This document shows, piece after piece, positions 14,830 through 25,900 of a stretch of DNA of 64,000 nucleotides. The position numbers were made by a program, and so were the translations under genes. The DNA comes from Lama guanicoe (Eukaryota). The notes beneath the pieces are model-generated. The model did no database searches and had not been told where the DNA came from. It saw nothing but the letters and a program-made list of their open reading frames with translations. Every line of letters starts with the position of its first letter. Within the stretch, counting starts at the first letter, position 1. Where the stretch lies: assembly GCA_013239625.1 (NCBI GenBank), contig MU057350.1, forward strand, positions 2,356,001 through 2,420,000, given 5' to 3'.

Positions 14830-15106
14830 CTCATATTAAACTGCTTGAAGTGAAGCTGTCCTTTCTCCACCCTTTGTCTGTCTCACAGCCCACGGTCCCC
14901 CTCCCCCCCACCCTCTCTCACTGCGCTGTCAGTGCACACGTGGGTGAGAGCAGGGCTGGGCGCACACTCATATTAAACTGCTTGAAGTGAAGCTGTCCTT
15001 TCTCCACCCTTTGTCTGTCTCACAGCCCACGGTCCCCCTCCCCCCCACCCTCTCTCACTGCACTGTCAGTGCACACGTGGGTGAGAGCAGGGCTGGGCGC
15101 ACACTC
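14830..15106. repeat. 137-bp tandem duplication (2 copies, 1 mismatch)
   Basis: 14830-14966 equals 14967-15103 except G14925/A15062; CTC microhomology at the junctions. Confidence 0.95.
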
Positions 15107-15214
15107 GGTGCTTCATAAAGACTTGCATAGTCATACCCACTGCTCTCTTCTTCCTCCTCTTCCTGATGCTTGTCCAAGGGAGTCCATGTGGAATAAGGTG
15201 AAAACAAACAAAGC

Positions 15215-15945
15215 CAACCCCACGTGGGCTTCAGAGTCTGAAGACTTAAGTTTGAGTCCCTGTTCTGGCCATTTCCTCCCTAAGGCCTAGCTTCCTCATC
15301 TCCAGATAGGAAATAATAATAATAATAAGCCCTGTTTTGTAGTTTTCTGAAGAGCAGATGCAACGATGTCCATGAAAATGCCCTGTCAACTCTGAAGGGC
15401 CAAGCAGTGTTGGGAATTACTGGGCTCAGAAAGGAAGGAGCTGGCTGTTCTAGGGCAGCCGCATGACTGTCCCAGCTCACCAACTCCAGCTGATGCTACA
15501 TCCCAGATACCTCTGGGATCTGTCTACTCCTCCAGACCCTGTGGGCATCACCTTTCTTTAGTCAGGCCACTCCTCCTCCTCCTAGATTAGTGAAACCACC
15601 CCCTCATGGGTCTCATGGCCTCTGGTCTTACCCTCCTCAACCCAGAGTCATCTTTCTAAAGGGCATAGCTGACTTTGTCAATCTCCTGCTTAAAATTCTT
15701 CAGCGGCTGCTCATTGGCCTCAAGATAATAATTCAGATATTCCAATAGGTGATTTTGGACAAGCTCCTTAGCCTTTCTATGCCTCAGTTCCTTATCTGAA
15801 GTTGGGAGAATAATAGCCATCCCTAGAGAGGCCCCGTTTGTGGGGACGCATGAGACAGTGGTTGAGGAGCACTTAACACAGTGCCTGGCACGTGGGGGAG
15901 TTTCAGTAAAGGATTCCTGGATAAGTGAATGAATGAATGATTGAC
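15215..15945. mobile_element. MIR and L2 fragments
   Basis: MIR-like 15215-15400 and 15770-15900; L2-like 15480-15760; (tgaa)n L2 tail near 15925. Confidence 0.55.
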
Positions 15946-17179
15946 TACAGTACCAATACATTTTGATAGTCACCACTTTCAGGGACTGGACGTAGAAGTA
16001 GGTGCTTCTCTCTTCTTGTATATCATGTTCTCTGTCCTGTGGAGTTTCCTGAGTGAGGACGTCACTGGTGAGCCTTACTCTCTTCTATGTAAGAGGAGGA
16101 ACCAGCCTCCTGGGGCAGGGAAGGGAGACTGGGCTTCCGTTATCGAAGTACACTGGGATAAGAGTGAAGAGTGAATTTGCTGTCCCTTCCTGGGAAAGGA
16201 CTTCCTTCTCTCCACTTGGGCTGATTTTAACAGAATCACTCAGACTCACCCAAAGCCACATGGCAGGGAAGGAGCTCTCCTAGGGAACAGGTGATGTGAT
16301 GTCTGACAAGTCCTGTTCTTAGGACTCCTGAAAGAAACTGGTACCCTTTGAAATGCAAAGGAGGAAAACAAGCTTTGATGGCGTGTCGCTCTAAGGCCCA
16401 CTTACCATCCACCATTAATCACGTCAGTCATCCTCCAGGTATCTTTGTGAGAAAGGGAAGGAAAGCTATTGCCAGTACCTTTTAAAGATGGGGCAACAGA
16501 GATATAGAAATAATTAATGACTTTCCCAAATCTGTGTCTTCCGGGATAGACTTAGAAACAGACAAACTATCTCGCAACTCTCAAACTACAGCCCCAACTC
16601 TGTGAGCTGAACACAGGAGACTGTGAGACTCAGCCCACCTCCCTTCCACCCAGTAAACTTCTGTTACTTGGAGAATGAGAAGATTGTCTCCAGACCCTTT
16701 TGGGTTCAGCATCCTTTACTGAACCCAGGTGAGACTCAGTGAGCTCTGCAGGTGTTTCCTCTGGCCATCTTTCATTGAATGGTTGCTCTGTGAGCATTGT
16801 CTAGCACAACTTGCCTAGAAGATGGCCAGAGAGACGTGCAACGCTCGGTAATATGCAGGGAGCTCAGTGGAGGAATCGCAGGCAATCAGGAAGCCAAGCA
16901 GAAGGCAGCTGATCTTGAGTCTGCTTGTGTTGTCTTCAGTCCAGGCCTGGACCTCAGAAGTATGATTCAAAGGAAAAGCGGCTCTTCTAGGCCCTTCAGT
17001 TATATTATACTTTTAAATGGACTTTCACAGGAAATTAAGCCTTCAGTGTGTGTGCAGGCAGAGAAAGATTTTTGTTTGGTTTGGTTTTTCTTTTTCCAGA
17101 GGATGTTTTGAAGGTGGCTATTAAACTTGTGGTTGAAAGATAATGAACTTAGGTATCTCTTGTGGGATCTGTAGCCAAA

Positions 17180-17335
17180 NNNNNNNNNNNNNNNNNNNNN
17201 NNNNNNNNNNNNNNNNNNNNNNNNNNNNNNNNNNNNNNNNNNNNNNNNNNNNNNNNNNNNNNNNNNNNNNNNNNNNNNNNNNNNNNNNNNNNNNNNNNNN
17301 NNNNNNNNNNNNNNNNNNNNNNNNNNNNNNNNNNN
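17180..17335. other. Assembly gap (156 N), probable location of KDR exon 28
   Basis: Exon 27 ends in phase 2 and exon 29 starts in phase 0, so an intervening exon is required. I found no [20 protein letters not shown]-like coding sequence in 12196-17826. The gap ends ~490 nt before exon 29. Confidence 0.8.
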
Positions 17336-17826
17336 AAATAGTCTCAGGAATAATACAGAAGATGAAACGTTAGCTAGATAAATATTAGCCTAAGCATTAG
17401 AGTCTTGGAGCCTCGTTATAAGGCTGTCCTTGAGGGCGTGTGTCATGGGGTCATTATAGACATGGAACTTCTTGGGCCCCCTTGGTTTTTCCATAAGTGA
17501 AGCCCCTGGCAGAAGGTTCCAGACAGTCCAGGTTCATGCCCACTTCCACTCAAGTGTGAATAGTATCCTTGTGGAAAGAGGGAAGGAAACGGGTCTTCTC
17601 AGCTCCTTCATCCTAAGTGCCTCTCTTCTTCCAGGCCTGGGTCTATTTCTTGGAAGCAGTTGCTTCCTCCTGTAGCCTGCATGGTTCTTGGGTCACGATA
17701 CCTTTTCCTCCCTCTACAGAACTTCGGAATGTGGTCCGATAGATGGGTTAGGAAATCAGTTTAATTAAGGAGTTGGTCAGTGGACAAGCTCAATCAACTG
17801 TGCCATCTCATTGTCTCTTAAAAAAG

Positions 17827-17912
17827 GACAACCAGACGGACAGTGGAATGGTTCTTGCATCCGAAGAGCTGAAAACCCTGGAAGACAGAACCAAATTAGC
17901 CCCATCTTTTAG
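17827..17912 (+). CDS. KDR: KDR exon 29
   Basis: ttaaaaaag|GACAAC...TTTAG|gtaagg; 86 nt; [28 protein letters not shown]. Confidence 0.96.
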
Positions 17913-19671
17913 GTAAGGCTCAGCTAAAGAGAAAAGACAAATTTCCATAGAAAGTTTTGGAAGGCACTTAGGACTTTCAGTGTAGGTTCAGAGCTTTCCG
18001 TCTTTGTGTCTGTCCGTTGGGCAAACTGGCATCAACCTAAGAAAGAGGGGAACCAAATCAAATTAACTGGCAAGACTAAAAAAGGAATCTGAAATCAGAG
18101 GATTTGATCAATTTTTATGAGAATTTGTGAATACTAGGGAATTTCTGGGCATCTTTACTATGGTTAGTGGTTTGTGTGGTACTGGCTTAAAACAAAGAGG
18201 TCATTGGATGTGATCCTTAACACTACCGAGTTGATTGACATCTTTGCAGACTCTGAAGAATTTTGAAACTTGTACAGAAATGGGCGCATCTGTTCTTAAG
18301 AAGTATGATGTACAAATAAGCCAATATCTATTTGTTTAAAGTAATCAAATACTGCTGACTGGATTATTAAGTACTTAATTGTGGGGAAAATACTAAACTT
18401 GGCTTTGAATATCATTTCCCCCATGTAGTTCCATAGGAATTTGTAGTTGTTTTGCATAGATGTACCTGCTTTTAACTTAACAAATAAATGAGACACTATG
18501 TTTGTAAGAATAATAATATACAGGGTAGTTATTTATTTGCTAGCAGGTTTACTCTAGGTGAGAATAGAAAAAAAATTTGATCTACTTATAATCTAACTGT
18601 TGGATAATATGGGACCACTCTTGGTTACTGAGTGATGCTCGTGTAAAAACAACCCCCAAAACATTAAAACACTTCATTGTACAATTTTATTATTTGCCTT
18701 GGGCCCAAAGTAAGATATTGTGAGAGCCAATCATATTTCATTCATTGATTCAAAGTATATTCTTTCAGCAGTGACTGTGTACCACGCCATTATTTGAGAC
18801 TTAAGTCCATTTGATTCAGATTTGATTGAAAGAAAAAAATGTATTTCTAGTTATTTGAAATAACTTTTAACCTGTATATGAGTACAGAGTTAATAAAAAT
18901 CCTTTTTTGCAATTTTTAACATGAATAACTTGCTAAAACACCTATTAAGGGGGGAAAAAACACCACACCTCCAAATGGCTTAGGGTTCATACAACCTACA
19001 CTAAACTACAAAAAGCTTTTTTAAGCTTTTTTCTAAGCTTTGACGTGATTACCATCTGTCACGATCCCACGCCATTGAAAATGTTCTCTGGTTGCTGCTG
19101 AGTGATCCACGTTCTCATTCCTTCCAAAGAATGTGGGTTTGATGAGTAAAGAGCAATTTTGACATGTCTGGCTTGATTGCACACACATGATTTGACTTAT
19201 TAAAGTTGCTTAAGAATTTTATTAACACCATCCACATGCCTTGTAATCCCCTAATTGACAGTGGGGGGAAAGCACCAATGGACTTGTAGAGCATCCCAAT
19301 TTCCTTTCCCGTCATGAAAGAGCCCTTTGGCTCCTATCGTTGTATACAAACTTGTCAATCTGCAAGGCTATAAAAATGTTCCATTGGTTGGAGCCTTTGC
19401 ATAACTCGGGAGAACTGCCTTTCATCTCATCTCAGGCTTGAAAGACTTGGACCTGAATAAGAGGACTTATCTGAAACTACAAATTCATGCTGGTACCTGA
19501 AAATAGACATTGTCTGAGTTAACCTGGTATGTTGACTAACAAGTGGTGGAGACAGGGGCTGGTGTCTCCAGGAAGATTACAGCCCACACGGGGTTGGGGA
19601 TGGGGTTAGGGTAAGATACAAAAGAACCACCTTCTCTCTGCCAACTCACTTAGCTGCCCTTTCTTCCCCAG

Positions 19672-19891
19672 TGGACTGATGCCCAGCAAGAGCAAGGAGT
19701 CTGTGGCATCTGAAGGCTCAAACCAGACAAGCGACTATCAGTCTGGGTATCACTCCGATGACACAGACACGACCGTGTACTCCAGCGAGGAGGCAGAACT
19801 TTTAAAGCTGGTGGAGATGGGACCGCAAGCTGGCAGTGCAGCTCAGATTCTCCAGCCTGAGTCTGGGACCACACTGAGCGCTCCTGTTTAA
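19672..19891 (+). CDS. KDR: KDR last coding exon (exon 30, coding part)
   Basis: ccccag|TGGACTG; [72 protein letters not shown] then TAA. Confidence 0.97.
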
Positions 19892-21345
19892 AAGGAGGCA
19901 CTTACATCCCCCCTTCCTGGAAATCACATGAGAGGTGCTGCTCAGATTTTCAAGTGTTGTTCTTTCCACCACCAGGAAGTAGCCACATTTGATTTTCATT
20001 TCAAGAAAGAAAAAAAAAAGAAAAAAAAAAAAGACCTTGCTGAACTGCAGGGAGCCAGTCTCCTAGGCATTTCCTGAGAAGATGCTTGTGACCCAAGAAT
20101 GTGTTTGTGTCTTCTCCCCTATTGTTGACCTTATTCTTTTTTTTTTCATTCATTTAAAAAGCATGTATCATGCCCCCTACTGTGGGTCTCCCCGTGAGTT
20201 ACAGCAAAAGATGTTCAAGACATGGCGTCATCGTCCAAGAAGTAGCAGTACCTGGGGAGTCGACACCTGGACGATAAATCAGGCAATGGAAGTGCTTTAG
20301 GTGTTGAAGATGGGAAAGACTTTTAGGGCTGAGTCCATGTAAGAAGCTTTGTTTAGGATGTGGGTCCCGAGCCACGTGTTACATGGCGGGTTTGGACGGA
20401 TGGAAAGGAAGATGCTGGCTGGCTTAGAGAGCGCCACGTGCCTGGTGCTGGCTCTGGTGGGGTGGGCGTGGGGTCTGTTAGGAACCGTCAAGGCTTCAGA
20501 CAGGCGACTGGTTTTAGAAGATTGCGTGCTCTTCCCACTGGGGCCAAATCAGAGTTCCCTGCGCTGTTTCCAAAAACTCCTAATGAGAGTTCCTTCCGGA
20601 CTCTTACGTGTCTCCTGGCCAAGCCCCAGGAAGGAAGTGATGCAGCCCTGGTTCCTTGTCTCCCAGGCTGATCCTTGATTCAGAACTGCACAAAGAGAGG
20701 ACATGCAGATGGAAGCTCCCTGGCGTGGCAAAGGTTTCTGGCTGTATAAACCAGCTCCGGCTTCTGGACGGATACGCACTTATCTGTCCTGATGTGACAT
20801 GTCTGAGCCTGAATGCAGTAGGTCTGTGTCAAGCTGTGGTGTCAAAGCTTTGGGAAGGATTTGACTCTCTTGTTCCTTCTCCCCTCTCCACTCCCTTCAG
20901 TATTTTACTGAACCAGTCAGTATTTTAGAACTTTGGCCTCTACACCCTAGTAAAAGCCAATTTGGTTTTGTTCACCCTCCGAGTAATTATTAGCCAGATT
21001 TCACAGTTATTGTGTAGCCAAAGTTATAAACATCTTGTATTATTTAGACTTTTAACATGTAAAGCTGTTTCTACTGGTTTCTGCCCTTGTTCTTTCCTTT
21101 TTAAAAAAGAAAACGTATTTTTCGTTTGGTACCATAGTGTGAGATGCTGGGAACCATGACTATAAAACATGCTATGGCACATATATTTATAGTCTGTTTA
21201 TGTAGAAACAAATGTAATATATTAAAACCTTATATTATAATGAACTTTGTACTATTCACATTTTGTATCAGTATTATGTAGCATAACAAAGGTCATAATG
21301 CTTTTAGCAGTTGTTGCCATTTTATTAAAAAAAAAAGTGAAAAAT
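19892..21345 (+). other. KDR: KDR 3' UTR (approximate end)
   Basis: Follows the stop codon. AT-rich distal part with ATTAAA at 21324-21329, resembling the recalled human KDR mRNA end. Confidence 0.75.
21324..21329 (+). terminator. Polyadenylation signal ATTAAA (probable main KDR site)
   Basis: ATTAAA ~1.43 kb after the stop codon, at the end of an AT-rich UTR block. Confidence 0.65.
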
Positions 21346-21516
21346 GAAGGAATCCCTTTGCAAGATTGCGTGACTGTCCCTGTCACTTCTCTCACTTCTA
21401 AGCTGGAGGCGGGGGACTCAGACATCATCTCCAGGTGGCTGTTTTTTATTTTCATTGGTTCCCTTATTCTTCTTATAAAGGATATTTTCATAAAATGTTT
21501 ATATACTTTATAATCC

Positions 21517-21522
21517 AATAAA
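21517..21522 (+). terminator. Possible distal polyadenylation signal AATAAA
   Basis: Canonical hexamer ~190 nt beyond the ATTAAA, with a GT-rich tract (tgttttgagggtg) downstream. Confidence 0.4.
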
Positions 21523-22819
21523 TGTATTCTTAGTAAAAAAAAAAATACAATGGTATAATACTATCCCAACTGTTTTGAGGGTGACTATTTCTGGCTTGAG
21601 GTGTAATTGCTTCTCCCCTCCACTTCTCCATTACACAAGTAATTCATGAGCACGCCCACTCACGTTCTATTCCGAGCACTTCTGAGATTCTGAAAACATG
21701 GACTGAGAGACACGTGATAGGTACTCTAACAGTATTTGTGGCCCTGGAGGAATCCCCGGGCCTGCTAGAATCACCAACCATGAAAATCAGGTGGTAAGAG
21801 ATCCTGAGACAGGGGCCCGACCTCGCAGTGCAGGAAAGTCTGGGGCATATTTATTGTTTTTGATAATGTTTATGCTGTCCGTACAGCGTCCGAACCTCAG
21901 ATCCAACACTACCCTTTTGAATGATCACTTTTGCCTGAATTCAGTGAGTGAAATTATCTAAAAATCATTGGCACCAAAAAGTAGTCCAACTCTTTGTAGG
22001 ATTTTTTTTTTATACAAGCTTTTGAAGTGTTTATATAGTCAGAGGATAGGCCTATCTTTTATTATTTTTTTAATATTTCCTAAGTTTTTAAAATCATATT
22101 GGGGAAGGTCTTCCCAATTCTTAACCCCAAATTCTAAATTATCTTCCTTCTTTTGATGCACTTAAATCCATTGGGGATTTATTTTTTTATATGGAGTGAG
22201 GTAAGGATCTAGCTTTGTTTTCCTCAAGCAGTGGTCAATCATGGCAGCATTGTTTATTTCTCTTTTCCCCTGTGGTTGGAAAATATACATTGTAGCATTT
22301 TCAAACCCTGTCATCTCCTTGAGACATTCCCCACAACTTTATGATGGAAAAGAGGGTAGCTCCAGGCGTCTGTGCTTCCTGGGGCTGCACTTACAGACTG
22401 GGCCACTAGCTGGAATTAGCAGAGTAGGGTCTTCTGGCAGATGTCATTAAACTGTGCGTCAGGCCTCTTGGTCCTATCTTTCCCATTGTTCCAGTGTTGT
22501 CCAGTGAATGAACAGCAGAGGAGTCTAAGCTTTTCAAGATGGAGAAGACCTCACAGAAATACAGAATTTCCTTCATTTTAGGGAAAAGAGATTCTGTTGC
22601 TCATAACAGCCCCTGGCGCTGTTTCCAATGCCAGGAATTTGGATTCAGTTGAAACTTTGCACTTTATGAAGAAATGTTTTCAGCAGCTCAGGCAGAATGA
22701 TTGGAGGTGAAGTTTGGCCCTCTCCTTCTGCTCTCTTCTGTCTTCCACACCCCTCTCCCCCTTTCTTAGCTCCTTTTCACTCCTCATTTGCCCCTGTATT
22801 GAAGAGAAGTTTGTGGTTT

Positions 22820-22918
22820 ATTATTTTTCTTTTTTCTTTTTAATGGAGGTACTGGGGATTGAACCCAGACCTCGTGCATGCTAAGTATGAGCTCTATCTC
22901 TGACCTATACCCTCCCCC
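22820..22918 (-). mobile_element. Vic-1-type camelid tRNA-derived SINE
   Basis: Reverse complement GGGGGAGGGTATAGGTCAGAGATAGAGCTCATACTTAGCATGCACGAGGTCTGGGTTCAATCCCCAGTACCTCC; near-TSD a(g/c)tttgtgg(t/c)tt. Confidence 0.85.
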
Positions 22919-25900
22919 ACTTTGTGGCTTTTTAAAGTGCTCCCTGCATAGTTTTATTTTCAAAGCTTTCACTTGGAGGCATTTGGTGTGTTTTAGGTGA
23001 GGCCACACTGTCTCCCCTTGGCTCCTGGCCTCTCTCATTCTGTCCCTTGACTTGCCTTGTTCTTCTCCCTCCTCTCAAACTCCTCTGTCCCTTGGCCTTC
23101 TGTTTCTCTCTTTCCACTAAACTTCTGCTCCTCTGAACCCTCCCACCTCCATGTCCAGCAGCCTTTCTCCTCAACCACATCACAGAAGAGATGAGAGCTA
23201 TGGGAGGTTTAAGTTCATTACTCCCCAGACTAACTTTTCCTATCAATGCACATTCCTTTGTCTGCTTTAATGAGAGAAGAAAAGTAAAAATCTTAAACCC
23301 ACAACTTTGTACTGAACCCAGTTTTCCTGTCTCCCTTAGTATGTCTTTCTTTCTACCTCTCTCAGATATTTATCACCAAGGTGATAAAATGTAGGCAAAC
23401 CCAGAAAGCTAAAGCCTTTCAGAGAGGAGCTCTTCACACCCATCTTTCCGCATCTGTGTGCCCTCTTCCCTTAGGGGCAGTAGGCACGTCATGTCCGTGC
23501 TTTCAAGTGAGTGGTGAGCACAGATCAAAGGGGGTTCTAACCTGTTTTTATAAATTGCATTTTCTACATGAGTCTCTCCCACAGTGAGGGTTTAGATCTA
23601 AGCAAAAATCTGGGCAGCCTTTGTGAAAGCAGTTTTAAGTCTAACTCTTTTGGGGAAAAGTTATGGAATGCTCCTAGGTAATAGAGGTTAAAAAGGTAAA
23701 ATAAAGTCACTTACTCTGGTTTCGATCTGACTGGAGAGAAGTAGAGGAATCTGGGGGGAGCCACACAGACAGAAATGTCACAGCCAAGCGGGCCCGAAGT
23801 TCTGGAGCTAAAGGAGTAGAACAGAGCAGGCTCAGCTGAGGTCTGAGTCAGCGATAAGAGCTCTGAGTTAAGGGAAAAAGTAGTCTAATGAAGGCTATTG
23901 GTAAGACAAGGATTACAGTAAATGCTGACAGTGATCAGGTGAGTGTTATTGAGAAGGCGTCAAGTTGTGTCTTAGATTTTGTTTTCTTTACAACACAACC
24001 TATGACCTCCAGGTAACTTCTTGACGCCTGTAAAACAACATTAGAGTCAATAGCTTCACTCATAGCTTTTAGTTTAAAAATAGAAGAATGAAAATATACG
24101 GTTTAATTTGTTAGGTTAGCTTCACCTTTTGTTTATTCTTAGGACTTCAGAACCTGTGATCAGTGGACTTAACCGGTAACCGGTGAGAGCACACGGCCAC
24201 ACTTCAGTGGTTTGAAGCGCTCAACTTTTAGATACAATGGAAAAGGGCAGGGAATCAGAAAGCTGAAATTTGCTCCAGTTTTGTTCCATTCTTTGCTCTT
24301 TGCTCTCTCCCTTCTTCAAGCAGTGACGTTTCCTGGGAATAAATCCATGTGAGTGGGTTGAGTTCTTCAGTGTTAAAGATACTCTCACTGACTGATCTCA
24401 TTTGCACTTCGGAGGAATCGGGTATGAAATGACTCATCACGAGCCACTGTATGGGAAGAAGTTTGGTGCGAGCCTGGTACTAGGTGTGAAGAATCTCTTC
24501 AACCTGAAATGACTTCTCTTGACAAAGAGGGTTGAAAACATTCCATTCATTGCCACCGAGAGAACATAAATGGAAATGAAAACCCAGACGCAAAAGCAGA
24601 GAATTCAGGCTAGATCTACAGTGAGCAGCAACATTCCACATTCATCCCCCAAGCTACTGGGAGAACCGGCAGACAGGATCCAGCAGCACATACCGGGCAG
24701 AAGCAAGACCTTCCATGGAAATCAAATACAGAAGATTCAGCCCTTAGCATTGAACTTCCAGCAAGAAATATTTATGTGTTTGTTTATATTTAACTGTACT
24801 CTAAAAATGCTTCAGTGTGCCAGATACTCTTTTGAAAAGAGTTTATTAATATTTACTCATTTTATTAATAGGGGCCTTAAAGCAAGATGGAGGCATCACA
24901 GTGTAGACCGGGTGACGAGCCAGAGTAGGAGATAGAAAAGGGTTCTTATTGCTGGTTCCTACAAATGCTTGTTAAGCATTCACTAAAGCCAGGCACCTTA
25001 GCTGGCTGTGGTCAGAACTGCTTTCTGAGCTGCATAGGTTAAGATCTATTGACAGAACCATAGAGAGGAGGAATCTCAATCTTATACCAGAACTCTAGAT
25101 GTCTCAGGGTTCCCCCTTAACAAGCTGAGCATAGTTCTCATTACTGACTTTATTAGTCGTTCTTGAATAAAGGGCTGAGTTCAAGAACCCTTCAAGGTAT
25201 TCTAAACATAGATTCCACTGTGGGGGGACTTAATTTGGCTTTAGAGTCAGGATGCTCAAGTTAAAAACCAAGTAGGACACCCTCTTACAGAAGGTTGAGG
25301 AAATGAGGCTTATTTTTGTCCGGTTCATCTCATGTTGAAAAATTTACATTTCACTTGTAAAGCAAGATGAGACTCTGACAATGCTTCTAGAAGACTTCCG
25401 CGCTGGCAGGTATTGTATGGCAACCCAGAGGAATCTTTCGTCTTGTCATAAGGAGCATTGTGTTGACCTTTATACTATTGTCCTACATTTTAAACTTTTC
25501 TGGTAGATGAAAATCCAAAGTACAGAAAGAATACATTTCATCATTGTCATTAGTTTAACTAGGATTCCTCAGTAAGGATTGTTTTATATAATGACTTCCC
25601 CTTGGGCATTTCAAAACGCTATCAGGTAACCTGCAACATTTCACAAATGCGTCTGTTTTACAAATCAAAGTTTTCTCCTTCTAAACCACCTTGAGAATCT
25701 TTTAAGCAGCATGTACTTGAAGTCAATAGAAATGAATTTTGTTTTAGTTCAGTCACCATGACTAGATCATGACATATTGCTGTGCCTTTCCCCCCTTCCC
25801 CTTTTAGTATGGTTGGCAAATTGCCTTGAGGACCTGTCATGAAGAGAGAAAAAAAGACCCTCATTCTTTGCTTATCACCACATTCATCAGTAAATTTCAG

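Noticed and set aside
14830-15106. Tandem repeats as a CRISPR-like or other array system
   Set aside because: Only two contiguous copies, no spacers, and a eukaryotic intronic context
17180-17335. True loss of exon 28 or KDR pseudogenisation
   Set aside because: All other exons are intact, and an N-gap of sufficient size sits at the expected position
22820-22918. tRNA genes at the SINE copies
   Set aside because: A/B-box-like heads continue into SINE tails with TSDs; no intact cloverleaf
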